64,000 nucleotides of DNA from Tubiluchus corallicola (GCA_030141605.1 JAQGDQ010000007.1:607173-671172); one strand, 5' to 3'. Counted from the first letter of the stretch, positions 1 through 15,000 are shown. Notes: generated from the letters alone by a model not told the origin. Numbers and translations: made by a program.

Positions 1-3000
1 CTTGGATGCTGCAGTACTACCTTTACATTTTTGCTTTCTGACATCACATTAAATTTTATTGTATTGTAATATTCTCACCAAATTCTTTTTGCGAGTTAAA
101 TTTTTCCGAGTTTATAAACGCAAGAAAGATTATTTAGAATCAAACAAATGAAACTAATAAATTAAAAAAGCCAAAAATCATTTTAAATATTTTACTAAAC
201 GTGTAAAAGCTTTTTGCTCAATAATGCACGCACTTCCCACATAGTGACCGCATTCTTTCATTACAAGTCATACCTTGTCAAAGCTGAAATACTAATGCTT
301 AATGCTTAATGTACTTTAGAGGACATTTCACTTGATAGGGGGCAGCAGTTAACAACTACAAATTTCTTTCTTGAGTTTGCTTGCTCACAAATGATCACCC
401 AACTAAGAATCATGGATGTTAAATGACGTGATAATTATGTTATTCTAATTCTTCTCATTGAACGAAATATCTGTACATGTACTACCCATTGCTAAGCGAG
501 TCCAAATGACTGTGGGTCCTTGCTGTCTAGGCCTCCACCTACCATCAACTTAAAGATGCAAAACCTAAGATGAAAAGTTATGGATACCTCTGATCAGTTT
601 ACCACATTGGTTTTACCAGCAAAGGGTTAAACGCATTAGCGAGAGCCCTTTTCTTTTCTAACTCTTCCTGTACCACTGACACGATACCTGCATTCAGGAC
701 TTATAATACTTCTAACCTACTCAATAGACGCCTTGTTTCCCCTGCTGACAAAAAGCTCTGCTACTTCCGCTCCGTGTTTTGTCGTGATCACGGATAAATG
801 CTTTCTGCTAATCCCTAACCAAAACACACAGTAACAATGGCTTGGACCCGCTAGTTGAAATCATTCAACAAAATTCCCGGCTAAAGTTAAACTGTGTGAA
901 ACCGAGTCGATGATAAGTGAAGATGGCACTGTTATTAATACCCGAATGCACCTGTTGTTGTCGGGGGCTGCGCTAGATCATGGGTGTGGAGAAGATGTCA
1001 CTATAGAGTGTAAAGGGCGAAACCACGTCAAGTTATTGGGAAGAGGGTGTCATTATGTGGTTGTACTTGGTTTTATCGAGTAGATTTAGGTATCGTGGCG
1101 CTGGCTACTGGAAAACAGCATTATTATTTACACCCAATTACGCTGGTTGTTGTCTAAGGGAAAGCCAGTTCAAGGGTGTCATCGAGATTACAGTTGTTGG
1201 GTACAGACTGTAACTGTGCCTGGAAGATCAAGCGGGTCGTTAGGTGCGTCAGGGATGGGGTGTGGGCGAAGAAACAATAGTCCACATGAGTGTCTGTGCC
1301 ACAAACATTTTTGGCAATTTGACGTAATAATAACAGGAAACTGATTGCATTTTATTCAAAACAAAATGACGAAGTACCATTGTAAAAATAAACAGATGAA
1401 AAAACTCTGGCATTTGCAGTTTACAAATCATAATTTGGTGACATAATTATAGGGAACTACATATTGAAAACTAGATATACGTTATGCAGGCCTGTAATGG
1501 CTTTTCTTTACATGGCCTGAACCTGGCGCAGCAAAGGAACGCAGGACTTGTAATCCATTAAAGTTTTTGTTCAAATTTGAAAGATCAAGTGAAACATAGG
1601 CGTATACGTCATCTTAAATTTAATTCAGTTCAACCATTTTATAACAGATGCGGCGCCTTCTTCTGGCAGAAGTTGTAACCTATCATTGCCACTAAAGCGG
1701 ATCAAGAGAAAAACCGTCTGTGGAGTTGGGCTGACTATAACTTTTTGTTTTAAGTAAGGTTTCGTACCTATAACATCCAATTAATTTTCTCTGGGCAATG
1801 GCACATTGTTTCTTAAGGCGTAAGCTTATTATTAATTTTACATTTCTGATAATTCTATAGCACTAAAGTTGTGAAAAGTGAACTAATTACAGATCACGTT
1901 CTTCTGTCAAAGTATTTAAAAACCATTATCCCAGTTCTATGCAAACATTCGAGTATATTAAAGCTTGAATAAAGTAAAGTTCTATGCCACTCGATGTGGG
2001 AGTGTGTAAGAAATTTAAATTTCTCAGTTCTGTGATTCCAGATAGTAAATGTGATCAGACAAAGTAAGAAGCTGAAGTTCAATACACCTGCGTGACGTTA
2101 CACTACCATCAAGTGGGCATTGTACACCAGTCATCGTTGTTCTTATAATAATTACCAGTCGTATCCCGTCTTAAATCAGTCTCGTTATTAAAATGTCACC
2201 TCTCAAGCCTGAGCACAAAACTCTCTTTCACATAGTAAGGTGTCATTTTCCTACAACATCACGCCCCCTGGCAAGCCATATAATTTGTCACAATTTTTCC
2301 CAAATTAGAAAGCAGACGCCCCCTAGTTAGGAGCAGTTTCACAATGATTTGACTTGTGTTTAGTTGATCATTTGTGGAATCGCTGTTATTAACCCGTTAA
2401 AGTCACAAAAAATGCATTTTCCTTCGCAATATAGCAACTGTATTTTGAATTTGGCCGCTTCTAAAGTTTCTAGGGTAACTCTTCTAACTTCAACACATCC
2501 AGGCAAACCAGGACTGTTTTCGGGAATTTTCGTTTCCAGCAAATATTCACTTTGCCATTTTCTAAATATTAGTTCTCAGAACTGTGTAGCGAACGGTTTT
2601 ATTGTAACTATATAAACGGTGGTTTAGTTCATTAACTAGATATAAAGATTCAAGTGCTTGTTTAGGGGAATTTTACTATGGGAGTTACAAGCGTGAGTAG
2701 ACTTCCACAAAGGTTAATACAGATTCAAACTTCCAAGACAAGAATATTTCTTATCTTTGAAAATTCCTCATAAAACAACAAGCAATACGAATACAAATGA
2801 TATGTTTTTTCTATACTAGCCAACAACAAAAATCTACTCTAATATCAGCACATTTGTCAATCGGTTACATTCATCTTACGTCATGATGCATCGTGAAAAC
2901 TTTAAGGATAAAACGTATTCTTACCTTGAATGATTTTCCACGTACACTTACCAAGTCATGTATTGCTGGCGCAGCTTTGCTAAACTACAAGGCCAATCTG

Positions 3001-6000
3001 TTTAGCATATTTTAATCCACTGTCTCAAGCAATTTAAATCTACCAATCGTAGATTTTTCTGTGCATTACTAACGAGTTACTTATTATTAGTTAATGACAG
3101 TAAGGCTAAGCTTCTAATTAACAGACTTTAACAACTTAAATAATAACAGCAATAAATATAATGATTGCATGAAAAACTGTTGCCTAATTGTCGTTTGTAA
3201 GACCCATTTGTTGAACTTACGTTTGATTAAGTGCATGATAATTGTTAAGTAGTTCAATATATCTGGTCAGTATTTAGAAGGTAATGAGTTCGAATCCCGG
3301 ATTATGATTTAGTTAGTGTGTTCTGGACTCTGATAATTGCAAAATTCTTAAATCACAGTGTTCCTCTAGCAATGGCGAATGAAAAAAGTCCAAAAGTATT
3401 CTTTCTTTGTTCTTTGCGAGAAAATCAAGCAAAACGCCCTACCGGCGCATGCTGAGCGAGTCTTTGTGGGATATTTATAGCTCATCAGAAGAAGGAGGAA
3501 ACCGTGCTATGCGTTGATGTAGGTCTCTTTTACAAAAGGCTTTACCAAGATGAAGAGTTGCAAGTTAATTTGGGGAAACGTATTTATGGATAATCCGCTG
3601 TTGAGGTTAGGTTTACTGCATGGAATTTTCTGTTCACTACGTAGGGTTAGCAAGTTCTTGATATAAACGGTTAACTGGCCGCGAAGGTTCAACTCTAACA
3701 AGTGGTTTTCACTGCTGAACACACGTATAATTTCACCTAATATCATAGCAATTTCTCTACGTCCATACCTGATTGATTTACCACCGTTATTACGTCTATA
3801 ATAATCATCTATACTTACCTGGTGTGGTATTATTTCAGTTCACTAACTGTTAAGTACCCAGGCTATTAATAGGTCTGATTGCTGGTTTGATTGTACAGAA
3901 TTTTTACAATTTTACTACAAAAACGGCTAGGATCGTTGTTAAAATAAAATTAAACACACACACAATTGCTTGAATTAGGTCATTTTAATAATTCATGAAG
4001 TACGGTAAGCTGAGGTCAGTCATTGGAATACGTAGGCTGTAGATACATTCCACAAATTGCGATTTCATCAAGTCTTGAGTAATTGTAAAATACAACTGGG
4101 AAAATTATTTCGTTCGGGTTATTGAATTACCAGACTTGTATGATTTTTCAAAAATTAAATATTGAAATAAGTATAATTTAAAACAGTCTTCAAATAGAGA
4201 AATTAACAAAAAATGTTAACACTAAACAGTTCTAACTGATTACCAATGGAATAAAGCCGCGAGTATCAAATTTTTGAAGCCAAACCTGATTGAAAGTTGT
4301 TACAAAGTTGGCAGTGGTGTGAGTGGCCTACAGTTAAACAGAGACTTTGAAATCACAAGCTTAACGCCATGATCATTACAGCGTACACCACACAACCGTC
4401 TGATCCAGAAATCCTTAATTCTATCCTAATAACTCGCCAACTAGTCTAGCATTTCATAGTGAGACATGGTTTTTCCTTGTCATATTACGTCTATTGTAGA
4501 CGTTGGGCAGGCAGAACTTTAAAATAAAAGATTAAGGCAGCCTTCAAGACAACTAGGCATGCTCAGCAATAATCCAGTTATGCCACTGGTTTGTCAGCAT
4601 AACTTCGAACATGTTTATTCGCACAAAAGTAATTATTTGCTTAATTTTCCGTACATAGTTGAAGAATAATCTGCGCTTGAAAACTTAGTCCAAATGGTTA
4701 ACCATTTATGGTTAATTATTATTTTCATTTTTTACACCAATCCACATATTATTATTAAAACTTCTACATATTATTATTAATTATTAAACAAACGAAAAAT
4801 TTGCCGTATATTACCCCATTACATGCTCCATTCTTTTTATGTTTTTTCACACGAAATTTTTTACTGCTTTACTGCATATTTTCTGTTTAAGTTAAACCTT
4901 TATGATGCTTCTTCTTTTTACCATTATGAACTGCTTCATTTTTTCCACCTCCAAATAACAACCATCTCAAACACTCTTCATCAGTTCCTTCATGCCAAAT
5001 CTTTATTTCTTATCTGCACATAAAATTCTCATCTTAAAATTACATGCCGCAGTTTCAATATCTTTGCCACATTTACAGTCTTTTTCTATACTGCTAGCTA
5101 GCACCATCTTGCGCTAGAAAATGGAAAACATTGCGCTTTAGACGATTGAATTAAAAATAAATGGCTTATTGGGTTTAAACGCTTTGATTTTCGAAATTTA
5201 ACTAAAGTTGATGTACTTTTAAAAATAATTTGTCAATGCAGGTCTTCGGCCACCCCACCCCTGCCCCGAAATTCAAAAATACTTGTTCTCATAATTGTTA
5301 TAAGCCTAATTATCAACCACCATCAAACATAACTCAATAAGAATTGACTTTAATTTTTTGCACGAGTGCAAAAACGTGCAAATATTAGCCTAGTGTAATT
5401 AGACCGGTAACTAATACTTAAATAACCCCTAACTCAAACTCCCTAACCGTCAGTATCATAATACAAAAGTTGCCTAACTACGTGCATAAAGACAATTAAT
5501 TGACTGTGTTTAGCGATGACTTTGTGTCAAATTGCTGTCGTAATTGAGTTTATATTATTTAGTTTTTGCCGGCTGTTTTAGCAAGTATTGAATTAAGGCA
5601 TAATTGCTTTATTTTCATTACCATTATAGGCTTAAGTGAATTTTGAACAGGTATAGAGTGTTTAGATAAGTTAAGTCTATGTGAGGCTTGTTGCTGGACA
5701 CAATACATTATTATTGTATTGCTGATCGACTGATTAAAGTAATGTAAAACTAAAAAGCAGCAACAGAATAACATCTAATTATCTGTAAAATTAATTAGTC
5801 TGTTAATTAGTATAACAAAGTGTGGTTTATTCTAACTGATTGTTGAATTTAATTGACTTATTGTTTATTGTTACTACAAAGCTTAAACAATTATTCTATG
5901 AAGTAATTCGTATACCTTTTTGTGCAGAACAAAACCTTGTATTCGATTAATTAGTCCGTTAGTCAGTCAGTTCATAAGCAACACACTGAGTGAGCCATAA

Positions 6001-6233
6001 CCAAACCGCACACAAGGAATATTAATTTAAATATGTGGCTTCACCGTCAATATAATTCTGGCCATATGTAAAAGTGGCTTTCTCACTTCATAGTTAAACA
6101 GATATCGTTGCCAGTCGAGGTATAAATGTTCTGATTTAGATTTGCGGTGGATAATTTTGTTGCTTCTAACTTTCCTATTTTCTCACGGGCTTGGTCTACC
6201 CACTTCCAGAGGAAGTGGCTTCATTGAATTCGG

Positions 6234-6602
6234 TTAGGTGTACCTGTCCGGTTTTTGGAGGACACGCTGTTGCTTTTGATATGATGGCGACAGGTTGTTC
6301 TGTGAAGACGTTAGATGTGGCAGAGCTAGTGAAGTTAAAGTAGTTCCATTCAGTGGTGCACAGTTAGATCTAATGATGGTTCTGGAATTGTAATTCCACA
6401 TTCCACTTTTGTGGTACGGTTTGGGGGGCAGACGCCAGGGTGAAAGAACTGTCTGATGATACGTAATACTGAGGTACGATCTAGCGTAATTTGGCGGAAC
6501 AAGTCTGTGGGTGATCGATAGTTTATTGAAGCAGGCGTTACTTGAAGTCAGAGACCATCCAGTGGTACTAAAACTCGGTCGTGATCTGTATGTTCCTGTC
6601 AT
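6234..6602 (-). mobile_element. Possible degraded LTR-retrotransposon (Gypsy-like) integrase C-terminal remnant
   Basis: The ORF translation contains GWSLTSSNACFNKLSITHRLVPPNYARS, loosely like the integrase motif GxQFTSxxFxxFxxxLGIxHxxxxPYHPQSNG. It ends QQRVLQKPDRYT*, like the RRSxRxxxPPxRY pol terminus. No LTRs recognised. Confidence 0.3.
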
Positions 6603-7174
6603 ACCAGAACTGTTTTCATGTTCACTGCGCGAATATCATTCTTGGAGACGGTACCATGGTAATAGCGCCGCCCCTGTGTACATAGATATGCCCCACTAAC
6701 ATTTCTTTCTATGCTAATTACCCCTAATATGTGGATTACACTGACATCGTAATTTCGTTCAATATAGAAAATGTAATGACTTCTAGTGAAAGTAACTTTC
6801 CGAGTTTCCAAATGTTGAAAACGCTTATTTTTGTGTTAACGATACTATAATTGAAACGATTACCACTTTGACATATTTGATTTTTGCAATAATATTGTAT
6901 ACATTTGTTTCTTCTTTAATCACGAGGTTTTTTCTGTATATTTGCGTTTTGGCTAAATAAACATAATCAACATAATCAATAAACAATATCTGCACCCCGA
7001 CGAATCCCCCCGTATTCATACACATATTTAGTGAACAACTAAACAAATTAGTCTTTAGACTCGCGACACATTACACCATATTTCTATGCTAATGCCATTG
7101 CTGGTGTTGTTGGTCAAATTAAGTTAACATGCCTATGCTGTTTTTGTTTCTCTGAGTAATTGGTCTTAACGTAA

Positions 7175-7735
7175 AGTTACTATGCATCTGTTAAGCTTGT
7201 TGATTAAGTTACGTGCATAGTTACTGATCCTGTTGGCCTAGTTACTATGCCCACATGGTCGTTAGTCTCACTTATCAAGTTACAGTGCATATTCTATTGT
7301 TGCTGACTTTGTTGGTCTGATTACTACCCCACACGCCAGATTCATCTTGTTGATCTATGCATATCCAATTGTTACTGATCTTATTGGGCTTGTTGCTATG
7401 CCAACATTGTTGCTCGTCCCGTTGATCAGGTTATCATACGCCTGGTTGCTATGCATACACGATCGTTGGTTAGGTTCCCCAAGGCACTACGTAAAAAATA
7501 TTATATTTATTGGTATTGATCTTACTGATGTGGTTGCTATGCCAACACGTCTGTTGACCTTGATGTCCAAGTTACTGTGCATATCTTATTGTTACTGATC
7601 TCATTGGCATGGTTGTCATGCCAACACAGTTGCTGGTCTCCATGTCCAAGTTACTATACGTACATTCTCTTATTACGGATCTTGTTAATCTGGCTCCTAT
7701 GTTCACACGATTGTTGGTTTCACCGAAGTAAGTAT
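7175..7735. repeat. Degenerate minisatellite, about 79-bp unit, about 7 copies
   Basis: Recurring unit approximately ttgttactgatcttattggcctggttgctatgccaacacg...tccaagttactgtgcata. The gttgctatgcc-like core starts at about 7241, 7320, 7392, 7445, 7533, 7612 and 7693. Confidence 0.65.
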
Positions 7736-9043
7736 TATGCAGTATACATAATCTATGAGAGGGAGACAGAGTAAAAGAGAAAGAAGATGGAGACAGAGAA
7801 AAAGAGAAACAAGAAGACTGCAGTGTTTCAACTCGATCAGCAGCAGTGTTTAACCCTAATTCTATACATAGGTTGATTTTGACACCTCGAATAACAGGGA
7901 TTAGAGACAAACTACTTAAAATGCACTGATGCGTAGATAGAATTGTTCAGTTTGATATTATGATCAGCACTGCTATTGCCATAAAAACAGTAATCAAAAC
8001 ATTATGCAGCTTTACATAAAACACCTCCAAATGTCATAAGTGATACTAAACATAAAAACGAGAATTACTACAGTATAAGAAGTTTTTAGACAATTTAATC
8101 TGTAATCTGCATCTAAGCACAATAAGCAGTACCCATTGTTGCCAACATTTTACAATGTTATAAGGTTAAAAAAGCAAATAATAGTGAATCATTAACAAAC
8201 ACTTAGTGCAACCACTATTCCAAAATCTTCATTAGAACCAATTTTCTTCGCATGTAAGTTGGTTACAATAACAGAGTGCATATAAGACAATTTACACATG
8301 CCAATGATATCAGCCATCAATATTGTGTGTTTACGTAGTTATAAATATATGAATATTTATTTAATTAGCAATAATTACCTAACCAGGAAAAAGATTTGCT
8401 TCTTCATAAAAAAAATTAAATGCGTCAGTAACTGGTAGGTTACACAAGTATTAATTTAGTATTACCAGATGCAGCATCTGATTATTTATGTTTTGGTACC
8501 CCATTACCCACTTAAGGCAGAACAAATTTTTTTATTACTCTACATTTGGTAAAACCCTAACTCATCGATGCCCCAAATAAATTCACCAATACATAGTACA
8601 GTAACTGGCAATGACTAAATCTATGAGGGTACTTCACAACTGAAACGTACAATTAAAGAAGTATGCTATGTCACAGTTTACATAATGCCTGTTCAACATT
8701 TGCAATGCAAACTTGAACATTTTCGTCAGATAAGGCAAATTAAAACCCACTCATGACGACAAAATTCAAACAGTCTACAAATAGTTACTATACACAATAA
8801 TTCATTTACTAGTTTACATTTGAACAGTGTGTGGATAACAAATAGTTCATGCACTGATCAGGCAAGTCGTAAGTAACCTTCTGCTGGTCTTATGTCATCA
8901 AACATTTATCATAAATTATCGAGGTCGCAAGACATAATAAAAGACCGTATCTGCCAATAACACATTAACAAGTTTGACAATGGAAGGAGTTCGAACACCA
9001 TTCAGTTAAATGCTTTGCCATCTAAATGAGGAGGTGGGGTCAC

Positions 9044-12000
9044 TCAAACGGGAGGATCTGGCTCTCTCTTTGCTCGTTTACCCTATAAATACAGAAAACT
9101 CAAGAAAATTAAACAATTATGTAAGCAATAAACAAAAACATGAAAAGCTTCATCAAAAACGACAAAACGTCTAAACAGCCATGTTTAAATTAGCGTCAAA
9201 TTTCATTTGAAAGCAAGTTGACAAAAGAATATTTCCAGTTTCTAGGCATAGTTAAACCAACAGTACTGAACCTAGGTAGACAACAAAAATTGGTTCAAGT
9301 TTTTTAAACTATAGCAGCTGATAAATCAGAATGTGATAAATTTCACTTATAACTGTAAATCTAAATTGCTGCAAAGCATCTGTAATGGTAAAATTTAATT
9401 TATGCTAAAAATAGTTACAGAAAATCTTTACAAAAACTACTAAATTTAGTTGCTATTCACTTTAAGTTTAAGCACTACACCCACCGCTGGCACTTTTCAT
9501 GGACATTACAGATATGTTTACAAATGCATTCAGAGGTACTGATGGTTAGTGCCTGCTATTAATAGTTAAAATGTCAAACTATAACCACATAAAATACTGA
9601 CCCTATGTTTCCGGCATTCAAGTGAAAAACTCTCCTTGTCCATGACACAATCTGTAAAAACATAAAACCGTTACTTAATACTAATTGTATTTCATTTATA
9701 TGCCAATGTTATTCCTTTCACATCAGACACAACATTCTATTGAAATTACACACAACTAGCTTTTATTTTGATCAAAGCTTTCCTGCACGACTGCAGTTTT
9801 TACAATTCCATTCACTTTAAAAGTAAGATAGTTGTTATTAATAAGGGTAATTTAAGCAAATTTTGCGAACATCAGTCAGTGTCAATGTTCCAACTGAATG
9901 ACAACTCAAGATTACTCAATGAACAATCAGCACAGTCTTTATTTTGAAATTTTAATGGCTTGCACTGTCCTGTACTTGTAGTTCACTCCATTTCTAATTA
10001 GATTCAGAAGTCAGTGAATCGAGAAACTCTATGCAAGTAACGGTATGCCAAATAAAGATTAGCAGGTTGGGTTTGGGCTCACAGCTTCTTATAATGGCAG
10101 CATGGACTGGAATTTAAAAGGTTTCTCAAACAAATTTTATTTTTATTCAATATGTCTCTGTCTCACCTCTTTGTCTGGCACAGTCATAGTGATACGTTTC
10201 TTCGCATTTTTTCCACACACATCCGATAGTTGCTCCGGTCTGCTTACAAACAGAGCAAGCCTGCAGAGTACAAAATAAACTCTCTACTTGCAATTTAACA
10301 AAAAGACAAAACAATAATCATATTAGAAAGTCTATATCTCTAGCTCTATGACACTACTTCATCCTAACAACCAAAAAACAAAAAAAAATCAACACAATAA
10401 TACCACCATGCATGTGACATTGAGGGACGAATTATAAATTTAATCCCAGACATGTACTTCACCCAAGCACAAAATATAACAGCATCTATCACTATTATTA
10501 ACATAGTGTTTATGAGCATTTATCTTTATAATACTTGCTCATTAACTTACCGGACATTTTTCTTACCAATTTGATCAGTTTTGGCTTTAGATACATGGTA
10601 CTTATACAACTATACAAAGAATGATAAAAGTAATAATACTGGTGAGGTTTCCAAGCTATTTGTTCCTCTGTTGTACATCTACAAACTTGTACTTCTTAAA
10701 CATCATGATTGTGTAAAGATTGTGTTTTTGTAACAATCATGCATTTTAAAAATGACGGCTCATGCATATGCATAAAAATGCACAAAGTTACATTTTGTTC
10801 GAAAGCACATAAACAGAATAATATAAACGCAAAAACTTGCCATCTGTTGTCCTTCAGTGACTGCTTCTCTTAAACCATGCACCCGATTTCCGACCAGGTA
10901 AATTCCAGGAGACCAAACTGCACAACTCTGATGTATCCAAACTTCAGAAAGGTCATTTAATAGTTGTCTTCTAGACTGTTCAGAATGTTTATGCTTTTTA
11001 CCAGTCTCAGAGTTTGTATTATCTACATTATATGGCCCAAAGAGCACACCGAGCGAGTTTTCTAAAGTCCGTTTACCACATAGTGCACAAAACCAGTTTT
11101 TCGTATCACGGTTATGAAGTTTAAAGTGTTTGCTGCCATGACGATGTTTTCTCGCAACACTGTCTTGATTTGAAATATTATTTACCACTTTTTCCGAGAC
11201 ACAAGTATCTCGATTACCGTACACTTTTACAAAAGGACCTCGACTGTTGTCGTCACGTGGTTTTCTCTTGTGCATGGCTTGGAGACGATCGACCACTTGC
11301 TTTCCTTCTTCATCACTCAGAGGTTCAAACCTCTTCTCTTTCTTTTTCTTTTTTCTCAACTGGCGAAATTGCTGCTGTGACATTTTGTCTTTTTTCGTCA
11401 TTACTTTCAGTTTTGCTGATTTTAACAGCTTTTTGGGTTTATCAAGCTTTGCTTTTTTTATGGTTACTTTAACTGGAGAAGCAGATGTCTCTTCTAACTT
11501 CCTTTTCTTTGCTTCGCGCTTCAATTTGGCTTCTTTTTTCTCTTCCGGTGTCATCTTGGGTCGGCCACGCCCATCCTTCTTTTTCACTTTAAGTTTGCTG
11601 GCCACTTGTTTATCAACTTCTTGATTTTCTTTATCGGGTATTACATCACCCTTTTCATCATCTACAATTGGTACTGCAGCAGCAACCGAATTGATTGTTT
11701 CGTCTATGTTCACTTTGGAGTCAACTTTTTCATCGTCTACAACTGGTACTGTAGCAGCAACCGAATTGATTGTTTCGTCTATGTTCACTTTGGAGTCAAC
11801 TTTTTTCTCACTATCTTCAGGAGCAGATGCACCAAGATTTTTCTCATCAACCACGCTAGGTTCTTGTTTTTCACTTGGCGTTTGTGTAGGCGGTTCACTA
11901 CCGGGTTTGCCTGTTTCTTGGGCAATTTTTTGCTCTGCTGTCTTTTGCAGAGATGCCAAACGTTCTCTTGATCTTTCACTCTCTGCCAAAAGCTTTGCCT

Positions 12001-15000
12001 TTTCTGCTATTTCTTGCATTGTCTTCTCATTTGTTGATCCTTTTATTGTTACTTTATAAACTTCTGCTTTTGCTATTTGAGGAGTAGGTAGCAATGGTTC
12101 TCTGGGTTTCGCAGGAACAAAAGTCCGTACCTGCCAGTTACGTTTAGCAAACTTATATGGCCGCTGTCTACTATCCTCAGCTGTTTTTGACTCGTCTAGG
12201 TGTTTCCTTTTTTCAAAAGACCCGTCTTTGTCCATCACAGCTGCAATGCTCGGATCCTGTAGTTCATTTTTCCTGTACATTGGGAAGGTTTTTGGCTTCT
12301 CTATGGGAGTTGGTAGCAAGGCTCTTTTGGGAGATGTTTCCTGATTTGCATAACTGGCATCCTTATCAGCAATATGATGCTGAGAAAAACTGTCTGGTGC
12401 AGGCTCTCTTGGTACTTCTCGGTTAGGCTTACGCTCATAAGAAAAACGTCTACCATTAGCACGATGCACAGCTAAACTGCCATCTTTGTTTTCAATGGCT
12501 TGCTGTGACAAGCGTCTGTCTCTGCTATAATCGTTCAGAGCACCAGGAAATTGTGATTTATGGTCGCTATGGCTAAAAGACTGTAGAGAATGTTTATCCC
12601 TTTCATTCTGGTGTGACTCCTGTCTTGTATCGCCCGCATTCCAGTGCACATCTGGGCTGCGTTGATCCCCAATTCTCAATTTGTCTCCACGAGGAATGGC
12701 CTCTCTTCTTGCAAGTCGGGGATCACGAGAGCTTTTTTGGTCAAAGGAATCTGGCCTACTATAACTTTTGTTTAATGGCCTTGGGTCAGAAGAGTCACGG
12801 TGAGAATCCTTGGCATATAATCTTGAATCAGCAGCTTCATGAGGATAATCCTTGTTAGATAATCTTGGATCAGAATGTTCACGAGGCTGGTCTTTGGTCA
12901 GTAATCTTGAATCTGCAGATTCATGCAAGTTATCTTTGCCAGATAACCTTGAATAATCACGAGAATAATCCTTAACAGGTAACTTTGAATTAGAAGATTC
13001 GCGAGAACGTGTTTTGCTAGATGACCTCAAGTCAGAAGAATCGCGGGAGTAGTCTCTGCCAGAAAACCTTGAGCCAGCAGAATCACGAGAGTAATCTTTG
13101 CTGGATGATCCTGAATCTGCACATTTATGAAGGTAATCTTTATTAGACAACTTCGAATCAAGCGATTCTTTTGAAAGACTGCGTCTAACAGATCTCGGAT
13201 CGGAGGAACGACGATGATGCCGTTTATCCAATGATCTGTGATCTGATTGAGGATCTCTGCTTGACGATCTGGAATAGGATGATTCTCGAGGATAATGATC
13301 CCTGTCAGATAATTTACTGGATGATCTCGCAGATGGGGAGCTTCGAGATTTATTCGAATAGCTTCTTTCCCGATTTGAAGACTTATTTCCTTCAGGTAGC
13401 CTAGAATGTAAATCTGAAGTATTTCCTATTACAACTTTGCCATCTTTGTTACCTTGTTCTTCACCTGTTTCACGTTTTGGGCTTTGGGAAGAATCAAATG
13501 AACTTGTGATGCTCTTCGGTTCGGGTGAAGATGGCTCTGGAACTCTGGGTTTACTTGCCGGTTTCACTTTTGCCCAGGCAGGGAGTTGTCGCCCTGTGGA
13601 TTTTGAAGTTGGCTTTTGTTCCGGGGTGGGAGAATGGATGGTTTCGCTTGATGTGTTTGGCAAGGCTGGTTTCAAAGGTGTGACCTTTGAAAGCTTTTGT
13701 CTGGGGTCAACAGGGTGCACCACTGTTGTCTGTTTCACAGCATCACTGGGGAGCTGCTGCTTAGTAGCCTGATCCTTCCTACGGTCTGGAAGACTATGAA
13801 GATGGGTTTTATCTTTTTCCAGAATTTGTAATTTATCTTTCTCTGTAGAGATTTTTCCTTTCTCAGAAATCAATTTTAGCTCTTTTTCATTAGCTGTTTC
13901 AGCAGTTGATTTGTGCTCCTTTTTTTCTTGTTTCTGTTCTGTGTGAGTTACAGAATCACCTTTGTGTGATGCGCTCCTTTCAGGGGTACCCTTAGGCATG
14001 GCATCGTGTTTAGACTCAAGCTGTTTTGGTTCAGATACAGGCTTAATTTTATCACTAGTTTTTGCAACAACACTTTCATTTTTGAACAAAGACACACTAT
14101 CAAACAGAGACTTTCTGTCGTGTTTTGAGTGATGATGTGCTTTCAGTGCATGCTTGTCTGTTTCCCGGGACAATGTTCGTTCTTTCACCAAAACAGGAGG
14201 AGAGGAGCTTCGCCCTTCCTCTATGTCAAGATTGTGAACATCGTGAGTTATAGGGGAGAGTTGAGGAGCAGGACTATCATTAGCATCACGACTCACAAGT
14301 CCAGTAGACGGCGTGGTTACTGGAGAAGTTGGTGCCATAGTAGTTAACCTTTTCTGCCCCTGGCTAAGCATTTTCTGAAAAAACAATAACATAAAACATG
14401 CAATTAAATGATACCATTATACATACTGCTATAAGTACAACAGGTGCCGCTTAATAGATTCACTTTGGGACGAAAGTGTTTTTACTCAATTAGCCGAATG
14501 AATCATTTAGTCGACGAATGTACTATCACTACTATAGAAGTATGAGTCAGCACTCATAAGCTTAGTATGCAGAGCAAAAGCTTTAAATAAAAACAAATTA
14601 GTGTCAAAAATCCTACGTGCACTTAGTTAGGAATATGGGTACATATTTATATAGGTGAGTAAATACGAAACTGAAAAAAATTGTGTAAATCTTTTTATTT
14701 ACTAAAAATAATAAAAATCCGTGAAAGGTCGGTTGCTTCTAGAGATGACACCCTGCCACGAACCGAGGTCAGGAGCCAAGAACTAGTTAGGGGGTCTATA
14801 AACTCTCCCAATGGGGCCTGAGACCTTATTCTGCATTTTAGATATTTTATGAGGTCTTTTTCAAAAGCTAAAACCAAGAAATTCAAACTACAAAGTAGTA
14901 CAAATTCTTGATTTTAGACTCCAAAAAGCCCTAAAAATCTGAAGTTTACAAAAGTGCAAGCAGTTCCTTCTCAGTCACGTTTCTTACACTTTATGAGGTT

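Noticed and set aside
1-4000. Possible gene: splice-like signals near 2925, 2951 and 3770-3820, ORF 3507-3746 and a GC-richer stretch at 480-1340
   Set aside because: I found no recognisable domain and no phase-consistent multi-exon ORF. It may be a lncRNA, UTR or decayed element, but this cannot be supported from sequence alone.
11170-14347. Several + strand ORFs overlapping the large exon
   Set aside because: They are antisense shadows of the low-complexity TCF20-like coding exon.
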